DNA of 64,000 bases from Owenia fusiformis (taxonomy: Eukaryota). Location: NCBI GenBank assembly GCA_903813345.2, contig CAIIXF020000001.1, positions 22,878,001-22,942,000 of the forward strand. The letters are read 5' to 3'. The notes below the pieces were generated by a model. It did not search any database. It saw nothing but the letters and a program-made list of their open reading frames with translations, and was not told the DNA's origin. Of this stretch, positions 1 through 13,890 are shown piece by piece. The position numbers and the translations under genes were made by a program. The first letter of the stretch is position 1. Every line of letters begins with the position of its first letter.

Positions 1-2396
1 CGAGAAAATATGAATTTTGGAAAAAGCAAGTTGACATCGTATTCTATTAAGAAAAAATGTAGACAATTACGGTGATTAGGCTGAAATGAATGATTCATAA
101 TGGATTTTATTTAGTATCTTTATTAATATCAAAGGGTTTAAGGCATGTCTAAAAGCCCATATACCTAATGGAAAATCATATTGTCGATTTATGTCTCACT
201 CTTTATAAACTAACACACTCTATATGAGAAAACGAAAAGTGTAAAAATGTTAATTATCTCATTCATTTAGTTCTTAGTCATATGCCACATTTTAACCCCT
301 AGGAATACATTGGTATGTCAAAGCCAAGATAATTCCTTAAATTATGGTACTTGTATATAAATATGAAAGGCTTTTGTAGGAGAATCAATTACATCATTCA
401 GGTTAAATACTTTTAAATATGATTTATTGTTTCCCGATGTTGATTAATATTGCGGCGTGTAATTACCTATCCGGATTCATCATCATTGTCTATCAGAATC
501 GTGATTATAAAAACATATTTACTGAGTGAAAACATTTGTTGTAAAGTTTCGATGCACATCAATAACGAACAGTCTGATTTTTCGCTCTTACTTGTTTAAA
601 AGGGCAATCAACCTTTATTTATATTCACATTTTCAAATCTCAGTCGATGTCGCCACCTGGCCGTGTAACTAATAACTACATGTACATGCACCGTCCGGGA
701 CCATCGCCATGCTCGCAGCATGGCGATCGCCGCATGATCGATAAACGACCTCACTAGATCGCCTGTATCTTCTAGATACGTTAACTGACAGACACAGAAA
801 TTGATAAAGAATGGTACATCAAGCATCAATTAGGGAACGAGGAGCTTTTACGATGGTACAATGGTACAATAATTGCAATATTAGATCACTGCCTTTAATT
901 GTATCTGATAAGAGCTTCTTGTTTTGTTACTGGTTCGTGAGTAGCTTGGGTTATATGTTGAGGACTATCAGATAGCATCTGTGGGAACTCATAATATCAA
1001 ACATATCCTTTCATGTAAAATAACGGTTCATTTTATGAAGAAAATAAAAAGAAAAAAGTTCTCGTATACTTTGAAGAGGTGACAGACCAAAGGGCAACAT
1101 TTACAATCTCGAAAAAGAATAGGACATTTATTTTGGATAGTTATTTAAGTATGGATTGCGAGTTGCGACTCAGCCCATTACTATTTAAATGCTACATGCA
1201 CACACAGGTTGTAAGACCACACATATCATGTGAACACTAAATAGTATTATTTATCACGTTATTAGATAATAATGGTTTTTGAGGTCAGGCAAGCTTGTAT
1301 TGCAATACTCAGAAAAAAATAAACCAAACGTACACCTTTAAGAACATTTTTCATCTCCGAGGAATGAATTTGTCAGTATCCACTGAAATCCTTGAATATA
1401 TTCCATTAAAAGAGCTTAATCTTTAATGGAAATTCTTGGAATAACATTCTTGATTTGGAATTTTAGCTTTAAAACTTTTTTATTCGCCATAATAAAGAAA
1501 GTGTGATGATTTTTGTCAATTGCCTGGAGTATTCCAGATATATGAGCAGCGGTGTATGTGGAACCTACACAATAGAAAATCTTCCATATGTTAATATAAC
1601 AGTCCACGTAGATAGCCTAGCATGGTAATTACAGCCTCTTTTAGATTATTTACAACTCTCTGTGAGCAAATTAACGGGGTAAAATATTGGAGGAAACAAA
1701 ATCATATTTATTTGTGCAGAGGCGAGTGTTTTCCAATAAAGAAGAACTCTAATTCTTCTTTACGAGAATCATGTGGGAATCCTAATAAAGGGTCTGTAAA
1801 GCTATGTCACTTTTTGATTAACTTTATAACCTAAGTTGTTGATAGGGCGCTGGTCAATATGGGCATTTACGACGGTTTATGAGGAGAAACGGATTATTGT
1901 TTCTTTGTTCTACGAATTAAATCGACTTTGTCATTTCATAGAATTTGACCAAGCAAGGCGTCTTGTTTTCAAAGTTATCTATTGAAACATATTTATAAAA
2001 CTTTACATCTCTAAAATATCAATGTCAGTTATAATTTTTGCATCAAATATATAGGAAATATAATGTTACATCATTAAATAGATTATAGAGAATAGATAGT
2101 AGAGGATATACCTGTCCATAGACCTTAATCAGGAAGTTCATTGTTCATTTTCAGACAACATACACGATTCCATTATAAGTTTTTACATCCTACATCTATA
2201 TGCACTCTCAATTTGACGTAATATACCGTGATATACCTGAACAGTCGCACCTGTATCTTATATATTTTATTGAGTTTATTTTTATTTGTATCACAAGATA
2301 CAATGTTACCATGAAAGTCCACTTACATACTGTACGTATAATGTATACTGTATGTTTATGAAAAATCTAAATTTAAACTCATCTTTCTGATTTCAG

Positions 2397-5300
2397 AGGA
2401 ACGCCACCTTGCTGGAAATGCCTTCACATAACACCCAGACATACCAACATTTTGCAGTATAAAGCTAGTGAGTACAAATAAATAAATTATGACACTTTAG
2501 CATAATTATATGAGAATACGTGCATGTTCGTACTGATGCTTCATTTCAATATTTATATGTTTTTAATATTGCGTTGAATACCTCGACATCAAGATTAAAG
2601 ACGTGTTAAATTAGAGCCGTTGTGTTATAAGATAACTGATTTTTTGGAACTGGATAAATTTATTTATTTTCCTGTTATGTCTTTTTGTGTTTGAGTCTGC
2701 CTTGTGTATCTATTGGCTAATAGCCTTAATAGGAGATTTATACTCATCATATAGTAACATAGACGTCGTCGTTTAGCTATTTAAATCACCGTCTGTGGTT
2801 TGACTTTAATTTAGACTTCATTTTTTGTACTTAACAATTTCAGGTTTTTGTGAACCAAACCCTAGTACCTTCAACCACTTATGCTATCAAAAGGTCGACA
2901 CGTATAGTGTTCTAACGACAATGGTTAGAGGTAAGTCTTCGTTTTCTATACGGTTTTGGTATTTTGCAGATCGCTTCGACCCTAATAAATGTGTTTACGA
3001 TATATGCAGGGTGTCTTACCTTGTATTCGCGAATGCAACTAACGCCTATCGGCTACCGGATTAACCTACTATTTTATATATGACCAATTCATTTAGATAT
3101 GAATGGCATAATGGCAGGTACTATTTATATTTAAATGAGTTACTCGTATTATAGTAGGTTAATCCAGTAGCCGTCAGTCATTTGCGAATGCAAGCTTAGT
3201 CTCTACTGTCACTGTTCGACTACAGCTATTTAAATTAGCAGAGGCTACACTAAGTAGTAAAGGTATGGTGATTTAGACTCACTAATACAGACATGGGACA
3301 CTATTTCCTTAATATAACGTACTTTTCCATATACATTGGGGAGGGGACGAATAGTAACAATATGAAGACACATGCGATATATAACCTTTTTGCCAAAAAT
3401 GTTACACTCCATATGTACCAGGTATGTCGTGTCATTCCTACTTTCTCTCTATAAAGCTAATAAAAAAGTGAGGGTCTTATAGATCAGGATGTATCAAGTA
3501 TATATACTGTGTGATTAAATTTGATATGTGCTCTTTATTTTTCTTTATTAGAAAACGGTGAAACAGTTCCGTGTCCATTCCATGGTGCTTTCAAGTTTAG
3601 CTACATGAACCTTTCCGGGGAATGTGGCGATCCAATGTCTTCTATGACGGCATGTGCGAAGACATCTATGTTTGAAATGAACTTCAAAAGGTGCAATGGA
3701 ATCCCAGATTCATACGAAAGAGGTACTGTATTTTAACATTTATTTACTTTTATTTCTATAATATATCATGGATATTTAATAATAATTCAATAAAGCACAT
3801 GAATGCAAAATCGAGGATAATACTAAAGTAACTTAACTCCTTAAAACGTTTTTGAAGCTGATCCAATATTTGGTCTCTGCGCACCGACTCTTCTTATTAA
3901 AAAAAACAAAAAAACAACAACAACAACAACATAATTTCAACTTTTTTCAGAGACACATCTGCATTGTTTGGCAACGTGGAAAGATGGCGATGATTACATG
4001 TACGCAAAGATTGTAGGGGACGGATTCACAGACCCTAACTTACAGCACAGATGTTTCGTAAGTGATCATTATCTGTATATTATACTCCAATTTATATTTC
4101 CCTTTTACTGTATATGCAATATTAGCTTTCCTAGTCAGCGTAGGCAGTACTGAATTTAGTTCATTGTTAGTAGAGTGCTTAGTTTTATATTTAATATTAT
4201 GCCATTATTCCATTATTTAGTTCTATCATGTACTAATTTATCTTTATTTATTTGAAATATTTAGAATATCCATCTTTATTTTTTTACAATTATCGAAATG
4301 GTACGTGGAAAATAAAATTGATATATTTTAATGTGCAAACTACTTCGCTTCCTTATAGAAGTACATAACACGAGAGGACCCGGTAAGTCAGGGAATGCAA
4401 TCTCTACACTACACTACTGCCAAAAAGTATTCACCATTTTGGGGTTTTCTTACAAATGGTACATACTTATGGAGTAGAGTGTATGTACCTGTATATATAA
4501 TGCTTACAGTCACACCATGCTAATTTATCTGTCTCTATACACAGGTTATCTTGGGTACGTGAATGCTCATAGTTTGATTACAACTCTCACGTTAATAGAA
4601 GACATGTACTATAATTTTTATATATATTTAAAAATGAGTTTTCAGTTGTAGAAAACACCCAGGATTTCTTCTAATAACGTGAACTGTATAATCATGCTTT
4701 AATACAATTTCTGTTTTGAATATGAAATTCTTTTCTCTACTGTGTAAGGCCTTTTGGAATCCCTATTTTATCCTCCTATCGACCCCATTTGACTATCGCT
4801 TTCATTGTTTTTGCTTCAAACTATCCTCATTTTAAATGTAGCTGTATATCAAATATTACATCTCTATTTGTGAATCTTAAGTAACTGAAAACTAAAACAA
4901 CAATGAACTGTTTCCTCTGTTAATCTGTTTTCAAAGTATAATATCTGTAATATTTGTGAATCTTAACTTGGAACCGAATAACTGCAAACTCTACATGACC
5001 AGTTTTAATAATAAATATGGTATTTCACAAGTTCTTCTTATGTAGATATATTTTGTTTACTCAAACATATACTATAAAAAAAACTTGAAATGACACGCAG
5101 TAGGTAGTACATACACAAAGAATATGAGTTTGTAGTGCATTGGATGGGAAACATTGCTAACGCCGATGTATTAGGGCAGGACCATTGATGCATGTGCTTC
5201 TATGAAGAATCGTGGCGACCGAGAAGTAAATTATGAAATCTTGTGCAATAGTCTGCAGCATCACAATGGTGTGCAACATCACAACTGTGTGCAGAATCAC

Positions 5301-8300
5301 AAAAATGTGCAGCATCACAACTGTGTAAAGCATCACAATGATGTGCAGCATCTAGAACATATAGCTGGCTTAGTGATAGAATGTTGTAGAGCATGTCTAT
5401 TCGAGTATAAAGATTATAAACATATTGGGAGTTATGGTCAGTGTACATAGAGAATAATTTGAAAGTTACACATATGTACTATGTACTAGATAGTATATGC
5501 TACAAATGATTATATTTGAATGTATTTTTTGTTAAGTGTATGTTCTATGTACTATATGCGTTTTGGGGACTTAAGAACATTCAGGAAAAAGCCTGAGAAA
5601 AAACGTGAAGCTTGGAAACAAAACGTAAATGATTTGGTGGATAAATTTAAGAAGTGTTAATGTTACAGTGTAAACCTTTACATTCTCAATGTGTGTGGAA
5701 ATAAGTCATAATTCTCATATAAGCACGAACACCTAATTTCATATCCAGCAAAAATCCATCTAGAAAAATTGAAAAGAGTCAGTCACATGTTTCAAAATTA
5801 TACGCATGCATATAAAACTATCGCTGTCTGTTTTACAGAGATACAATAAGCAGATGGGGTCTAGTAATGTCAAGCTGGCTATGTCTGCGGATGCTACCTG
5901 TTATTCGATGAACGACCCTTCAGACTTATACATGGAGGAGAGAGAGTTCACGTTGACCAGAGGTAAGCATAAAAGCATATGGGCCTCGCCGGCTATGAAG
6001 CAGGCGAGGCAATTGCCTCACTAAAATCTTTGCCTCACTGAAACTTACAGTTGTACATCTTTATCCAGCTATTTTTCAAGGGTCTCATATTATTTAACCT
6101 TGTTTGCCTATAATGCCTTGCCTAGTGGAATTTGTCTCGCCTGTTTTTAGAACCTGGCTACCTAGGCCCCTGGGTTGATTCATATAGGGGTTGTTTTGTA
6201 GGTTTTAATAAAGTATAAAGTTGACATGTCGCTATTAAATCTCTTTAATTAGCCCATACTCTAATTTTGCGAATTTTATCCAGTAAAAGACTCAAGGCAA
6301 TTTCAATGCTATTTATGCTCTGGACTCATGATAGACACTTAGTGATGAAAGTACAAGTCAGATTTATATCAAACAGATCATCAATTTCTACAGTTCATCA
6401 TTTTCTACTCCTCATTTCTCGATTTTCTTATTTGTGATTTGTCATATTTATCAACTTGTCTCTTTCTCAGATCCCTTCAAATGGCCAACATCTGAATGCT
6501 CATTTCCAACATGGGCAACGAAGCGAGCATGGAAGTCACTGTCAGGCAAACATATATTGAAGGCCGACGAGGAGCGCCAGAACTTCAGGGTTCATCTGAG
6601 GACCGCTTCGGGCAGACGTGGGGATGTTCAGGGCTTGCTCAGATGCGTGGAGAAATACCAAGCTAGAAACAATGATAAGATGTTCACCTTTGTCGGTTAT
6701 GCGGTCTCTGGATGGTATGTATATGCTTTGTGTGACATTGCCTCTTTAGTGCGAATAACCACATTAGTGTGGAATAACTAGATTTCATTGTGTCATGATT
6801 GAAAAAAAATATTATGAGTCGTAGCATATTCATCTTACTCATATTCTCTCATCTGTTTGTATGAGAAATGATATGGTAACTGGTGTAATTTGTGCTTTGA
6901 ACAAAGTTGATATTATAAGTTGTTTGTCTGTTCCCATTTTATCGAATTTCCAAACAATTGTCATTCGCCATTCTTGAACAATACTTTGAGATTGCAACAA
7001 TCATATATTTGCATTTTAGCACAACGCAATTCCAATGTATTCGACTACACAAACGGAGCAAACACGTCCTAGAGGTGCAAAAGGGCCGACTATACGAGAG
7101 CAAAGACCATGCTGTGGGGGAATGCCAAGATTTCCAAGCTATTGATACCGAAATATTATATGGTACTGTCTTCCTGAGCTGAAAAAATGTTGTTCAACCG
7201 TTTAGCATTTCCAATGCATGTGTAATTCCTAGCAGCTTCCAAATGTCCATTATATTATGTCCAATAAATTTACTAGAAACAAGATAACAGTAAAATCGTA
7301 TATCGCATTTTAAAATGCCAATTTCCTTATTCTAACTTATTGGATCATCAATTTATACTCATTTTGTCAAATATATCAAATTAACAATTTTATAAACCAC
7401 TCTTTCAGTTGCTGTTGTTATAAATCATGTTTTAATAAATGTTTCAGTTGCTCCTCCCAACGGATCAGTGTGTCCATTCAGTGGACAGTTCAGAGGGGCG
7501 AGCAGCCAGTGTTCCGCCCTCGTGAAGAGCACATGTACTGGGCGTAACCAAATACAAATACAAACTAAGTGTGGCCCGCACAATGCAGGTATGTGAAGTA
7601 ACATTTCAACGTTCAGTATATTACGAATGTATATCAAGGAGTTAAATTGATAAGTCTTTGATAGAATGTATTTTTCTCTGAGCCATTATCCTGCTCTTGT
7701 GAGTTAATTTCTCTCATATTTTCAACTAATATTCTTAAATTTTCAACACTTTGATTTGGAAGTATGCTATGCATAGGTATTAAGTAATGCTTATTCGTTG
7801 ATGCCTGCGACACCCAAAAGGAATGATCTGTTGACTATAATAGTGACAATTCCAGGGGTTAATACTCATTTTATGTGTTAAATTACTTCCAGCTTTAGGC
7901 AAAGATTTAACGTGTCTCACAAGTTGGTCACATCGAGGGTCATCATATATAATTGCTAAATCTAAAGATTCTTCATCTGATGCGGCTAATTGTTTTGTAA
8001 GTATGGCTTGGTAAATTTTCATCTATTTATACTTAATAAAAAAGGTACTTCTAGATAAGTATATACTTATTTCAATTGACCGACATGATCAACAGGGTCG
8101 TCTCCTTTGATGATTGCAAGTAAATACCATTGTAAATACCCATATCATTCTTTATCCATATTTCCCATGCATATGTCCAGAAAATCGAAGTTATACGGTC
8201 ATATCTGCAGTATGTACTCCAAGAAGACAATTCGACGATAGTATGTCGAAAACACGTGTATATTCATAAAATCATAACATGCTCTGTTTTTCATTTCAGG

Positions 8301-8614
8301 TATTCAGAAATCATAGCAACAGTTTAGAATTCACAACCGATAGAATCTGTAATTCCGATGCCTCACATATATTTGGTATCCCTCTAAAATATACACTCAC
8401 CCCGCAGGCTGGATCCTGCGTGAATTATATAACTAAAAATACGGAGCCACCTCCTGGTCCCATTAAAGAAGAAAACATTGATAGAATAGTGTATACTAAA
8501 CCAGACAGCCATTCTGATTCAAATAGCTCAGCTGGATCTCAGAGACATCTATTAGACAGTTTAGTAGTTATTTCAGTATTAATCCTTTCACGTTTGCTAA
8601 TCTGTCGAAGGTAG
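2397..8614 (+). CDS. Multi-exon gene (5' end not found, probably upstream of the window) for a Cys-rich extracellular protein resembling the invertebrate DUF7044-DUF7042-DUF7043 family; probable GPI anchor
   Basis: GT-AG exons splice in frame: 2397-2467, 2844-2930, 3552-3722, 3951-4057, 5839-5962, 6471-6714, 7020-7162, 7448-7588, 7893-7996, 8300-8614 (TAG). Motifs CWKCLHITPRHTNILQYK, CPFHGAFKFSY, LHCLATWKDG..HRCF, CSFPTW..W, CPFSGQF, LTCLTSW. C-terminus is a Ser-rich segment then a hydrophobic tail (SDSNSSAG..LLDSLVVISVLILSRLLICRR). Family assignment is from remembered motifs, not a search. Confidence 0.85.
3023..3191. mobile_element. Small palindromic MITE; relative at about 34970-35135
   Basis: gtattcgcgaatg..ttaacctactattttat..atagtaggttaatcc..tttgcgaatgc. 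The same motifs recur at 34970-35135. Confidence 0.65.
5254..5352. repeat. 18-bp minisatellite, about 5 copies (intron)
   Basis: gtgcagcatcacaactgt-like unit repeated. Confidence 0.8.
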
Positions 8615-9958
8615 CGAGAACTAGATAGAATGCCTTCGTATTGCCATATTATTACGAGAATGTCTCACTTCAAAACCAGTACTCCCATACACAGCTAACG
8701 AATTGATGTTTAGTCGGTATCCTATACATGAGCCAAAAGAGCGGCAGCAGTACCTTGAACGTAATGCGTTCGTAATTTCAGTGTATTTACCGTTCGTGGT
8801 CTTAGCCCATCGTCTCTCTCTAAATCACATGTTAATCCCCGGGCATCGAATGAATCCTAGCATGACATGATATAACCGAACACTAAAATGAACCCCAAAT
8901 ACAGTATTAAAAGAAACAGATATACGAATATACGCATTATAAGTATTTATGTCATATGGGAGGTGAGGATCTATTATTCAGCAAATGGATATCCAGAACT
9001 GAACAGTGCATGAATTAATTATTATTTGCTCATTGGTGACCAGTTGGGAAGCTGTGTTATACTTTAGCTCATTCAATGGCATCCTCCAATAACAATGTTG
9101 CATATTTATTCCTTCGCGGAAATGGATCCACTTCCCTCACCATTTCAAGATAATGAAATCACCTTGAAACAGTTAAACTTTTTATTTTTTATTTTAGATA
9201 GTCAGTGTTTAAAAAATGAATTTAGTTCTAGCATTTATAAATTAAGCTTCGGTGATGTCAGTAACACTTTTGAAATCATACATTGTTAGCTCTAAATTAT
9301 GTTGCCTTGTTCAATTGGAGGATGCTATGCGGATAATGTATGTGACTGGCATATGCACTGAACGAAAACAAATACTTCAAAGCTAATGCCAGTAATTGTA
9401 ATTGTATATAAATATTGCACATTTGTAAATATCGATGTAAATATCGTTTGAAAAGAAATATTTATATAACTGAAACTATGTAAAAGGGCCGAAGAGAACC
9501 CTGTATGTATACATTATATGTGTACGATCGTTTGGTATTTTGTATCAAGTAACTATATTATTATAAATACGTCTTATGAATGCATTATTATATTTATTTC
9601 ATTTTATAGAAATTCAATAAAACGTCCATGGCATTGATAATGGGACAACATTGTTATAAAGTTCATCAAAAATAGTAAATGATAATATCAAGTAATGACA
9701 CGTTATAAGTTATAATTGACACACAGGTTTTGTATGTTACGAGAAAAGTATAAAAAAGTTTTATTTTGTATAATATTGAAAAAACTTACGTTTAAATACA
9801 TAATTACGATGAAATATGTTTCATTTCATTAAACATGTCTACTTTGTATTGATATACGTATGATAATAAATACTATTGCCAAAACCAAATGTGTAACTTG
9901 CTTTTGTTCATGGATGTTGAAAATAAAAAAATAAACATGCAACAAAGTAGGTCTTGCC

Positions 9959-10114
9959 CGGTGTAAAAGGGTAGGTCCTATCAATTTATGGTCCTACTCT
10001 ACATTGATTTATATTGTGACCTCTTTCCCTTATTATCTTATACACCATCAGGGCCAGTAAGGGACGTTAAGAAGGGGGACCATAATCCCCGGGGGACCAT
10101 AATTTCTTTCACAC
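9959..10114. mobile_element. Short GGTGT..ACACC-bounded element; inverted copy at 62511-62685
   Basis: ggtgtaaaagggtaggtcctatcaatttatggtcctactct..ggggaccataatttctttcacacc. Reverse-complement homolog in the lectin-gene intron. Confidence 0.7.
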
Positions 10115-10415
10115 CAACACGCCAGCCTTTTGAATGAGTCGTGAACCACAGTCACAGTACCCTTAATCCATTAACGCAATAGTCTTAACCAAGAAGGGGG
10201 TAGAGAGGGTTGAACATGGGGTCACGTCGTCATAGGTAAATCGCTTCATCACTAACAGACTAGTGAGTACCATTCAAACAAGACAAAACTATTGTTAGCC
10301 GAAAGGTATTTTATTTATTTCTATATGCAAGCAATTCATTTTCTAGATCTGCAAGTATGAGTATATGATCAAGCACATGTAGCTGCATGTCCACTTTATT
10401 TATTTTACAATGATA

Positions 10416-13400
10416 CACTGTGACTAGTCGATCTATGTGGATGCAGTCAGGCACATGTAATGTTTCGTGAGTACCCGCCTCTGTACTTTTCAATGGAAGA
10501 ATTTTGCACTTCTGTTTAAATAATCTATATTTACTCATCCGTGTATATCATACTTCATTGAAATAGAAAACCAAAGCTACACTATAAACACACATTCTCT
10601 GATATTTTTACGAAGAATAGATAACTCAAACGAGTTCACTCAACCAGTTTTATCATCTCGCTCATAGCTGTGAGAAGGTATGTATAATTTGCCATAGGTT
10701 TACCTTGTAATGGGGAATAAAAAATTCAAGTAATATAATTATTTCACAAACACAAATATGTCTGTGTGAAGTAAAATACAAATACAATGCGTCCTATAAT
10801 ATTTTTGGGGTTATGTTATGAAATATCCGCTTTAAAAAAGCAATTTAATTATGATGTATCATGTGGATTAGTAGACGTTCTGATTGGATTCATTGAACAG
10901 ACTGGCTAGGTTTCAATTGAATCATTTTGAATGTGTGTATTTTTAATATTTTAATCCACGGTGTCCAAAAACAATAATAACGCTATATTGGTAATTGGAA
11001 ATATTTCCACTTACCACGATTTCAAAAAATTGTAAATAAATAATATTATTCTTGAATTATGGTCATTTGTTTCAAGGAATCTGGAGGCTCGTTCAGCTGA
11101 GCTGACAAAATCAATGGATGGTCCAACTGTTGGCTGCTCATTGTCACTTTCAAGGAATGTTAATGGCTCTGAAACTTGTAGCCTTGCCCAAGTCGGTATT
11201 TATTTACTCATCTGATCTATACCACCTAGTACAATCCAATGCATCATCGCTGATATTATGCTAAGTTATTCAGCGGTTCCGAGATTCCCATAATACCTTA
11301 TAGGCTACCTAAGGGTATCGCAAAACCATATTGATTGACAATATGGACATGGACACAACGTGTGACTTCAGGCTGATTGACCAATCAAAACGTTAACAGG
11401 TTGACCTGCATAAAAAGCAAACTACCCGTCTAGGACTTGAAATTCAATGATTTGATCGAGTGTTTCTTGAGAGTTACAATATATTATGTTATTAAATGTA
11501 CATTGGAATGTAAGCAGTCATTAATACTCGTCCAAATGAAATCATGCAATTCAATGTTGAAATCAAAACTGAATTCGTGATGGAAATGCACGAAGACCTA
11601 GTCCGACAATGTAGGGCCGTCGTTGATTTGTCAAATTTTACCGACAAAAACATTGGGTCGGTAAAGCACGTGGCTTTCTCTTGGGTCAAGGCGGTTATAA
11701 TAGAAATCAAGATAAGTAAAAGAGACTGACTTGGGCAAGGCTATGAAACTTGATTTGTGGGTATTCCAGTGGGTCGATGGGTCTTTTGCTCTGAATTCAC
11801 TTCATTGGCGTACCTAATTTCAACATTTTCATTGTCATCATTACATTTTATGGACCCGTTTTTCAAATTAACAGTAATAGCGATAAAACCATGGTTTTTG
11901 AGCCTATGGGATCGACCAGGTGTCCGTCCATTGGTCCGTCCATCCGTTGCTCCGTCCGTCTGTCAACATTGGCTGCACAAATTAGAACTGCTATTCGGAT
12001 TGAGTCATTTTCACATTCATTTTATGCATATCCATAATGAATATTTGACATATAATCGCCATTTCCCAAGTTCGGCCGGTTTCCGAGAAATTGCTGATTT
12101 TTAAATTTCTAGAAAAATCGATCTGATGATAGCCTTATAGAAAGTCAAGAGAAGTGAAGAAAAGATTGAAAAAATACCAGTCCAGTCCATTTCCAGGTCC
12201 AAGTCCAGGTCTAGGTCAAAGTCAAGGTCCAGTTCAGGACCAAGTCAAGATCTAGGTCTAATCAGGTTTAATCTAGGTCAAAGGTCAAGAACTAGGTCAA
12301 AACCAGTATTTTGTCATTTTTTCAATTTTCTCAGTCGTCCTTTAATATTTTTGCTCCGTTTTTTTAATCATGTTCCTTTGAAAAAAGCTAATCCCTACAG
12401 GCAAGTTGTTTTTGATCACTCTTACCGTTTTTGAGATATGGCATCCGAAAAGTAGGTCACAATAAAAAAAGTTCTTGGAATTCAATGTATGAGCTATGAA
12501 ATATGTGAAGAATTGTCCAAGGAATCCGAATCTGCAAACAAGATTTTGATCCGACTTCCGGTCGGAAGCTATGGCATTTTGAAATCTCAAAAATCGCTAT
12601 TTTGGTATCCCATGTTAAGTCAATGGGGCTTGAGAAAATTATCAATTGTAACAACACAACACTAGATACAGCTTGGATGCAGCCAACTTAATAAGAATCT
12701 ACAATAGAAGCCGTCCTCAAAATCTACTTTCCTTTAAAATTTGGACACTAAAAGGCCTATGTCAAAATCTAGGTCAAATTCATAGTTTTTCCTTTGACTA
12801 CTACAAATCATATCTGAACCAACAACAAAGGACTCATCTTTTATTGATCTCATATTTACCAATACTTTTGTTTGAAAATCAGGATATACATTCCTCTGAA
12901 GGTTCTAAACTGTGAGAGCACAGGACCGTGGGTCCTTTATTTCATCTGTAATGGCATTTTCCAGTTGATGGGTTTATATATAGTATTTTTCATGAGTGTG
13001 TCTTTAGACTACTTGTAGTGGGGTGGCTAATTACTTTCCTGAATGAGGAATGTTTATCCAAACAATGGATACAAAGAAAATCTGGCCAGTTGTCCATCAG
13101 TAAATAAATCATCATGATAAAAGTATAATTTATTAAAGCATCCATTTGTTACCGTTCTGAATCCAAATGATACATAGGTACATCCATTTTATACATATAT
13201 GTTGACGTTTACGAAATGTTTTTCAAATATCTTCCCTATAACAGGAATATGGTAGCTGAAACTTTCACACATTGTCATACTATGTATATTGAATATGTAT
13301 GCAAGATTTCAAGTCACAATGTTAAGTAGAATCTCTGAGATCACTTACCTTGATTTGCTGTCATATTTTTGCAATGATCCCATTCCCTATAATGTACGCG

Positions 13401-13460
13401 AGTACCCACGTAACATTACATATAAATGACTGCATCCACATAGATCGACTAGCCACAGTG
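10416..13460. mobile_element. ~3-kb non-autonomous DNA transposon with CACTG termini (CMC/EnSpm-like)
   Basis: Imperfect inverted repeats of about 65 bp: CACTGTGACTAGTCGATCTATGTGGATGCAGTCA at 10416 and TGACTGCATCCACATAGATCGACTAGCCACAGTG ending 13460. No transposase ORF and no clear TSD. Confidence 0.72.
11895..12942. mobile_element. HINE-like element nested in the CACTG element
   Basis: T-run start tttttgagcc, (tccg)n-like microsatellite 11922-11962, internal ggtc(a)ag repeats 12180-12300, terminal hairpin AGGACC-gtg-GGTCCT followed by tt. Confidence 0.6.
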
Positions 13461-13890
13461 ATGATATAGAAACGTAGTGGAATGGTGTTTCATTCATGAA
13501 ATTCTAAATAGTAATCTAATTTTGAACCTTGATTTAGAATGGACTACTTTTAATTTTTGAATATAAATATAGTATTTAAGAGTAACTCTGAAAAGTCCTT
13601 CGTAAGGAATAAGAGTTTCTCTTTCTCACGAAATTCGAAATGAAATAGTACAAGATGATTCAATTATTGAAGAAGGGTCGGATTAACAAAATGGACTAAA
13701 CTCTCATGGTTTACTTTAAGGTGATCGACACACATTTAACGTTTTGCTTCATTCCATAATCTATTAATGTACTATTTTCAAATAAGCTATTGTACTCCAA
13801 GCCAAGGTACAAGTAAAATTATAATCCATAGTCACAAATATGTCAACAAATTCATGTTCATTTTTCATAACTTGTCTACGTCATTGAGGT

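Noticed and set aside
1-2396. Upstream exons of gene 1 or other genes
   Set aside because: No exon with convincing splice sites and family motifs found; the short ORFs look random.
5157-5450. His/Asn-rich ORFs on both strands
   Set aside because: Products of an 18-bp intronic minisatellite; exons 4057 and 5839 join in frame without them.
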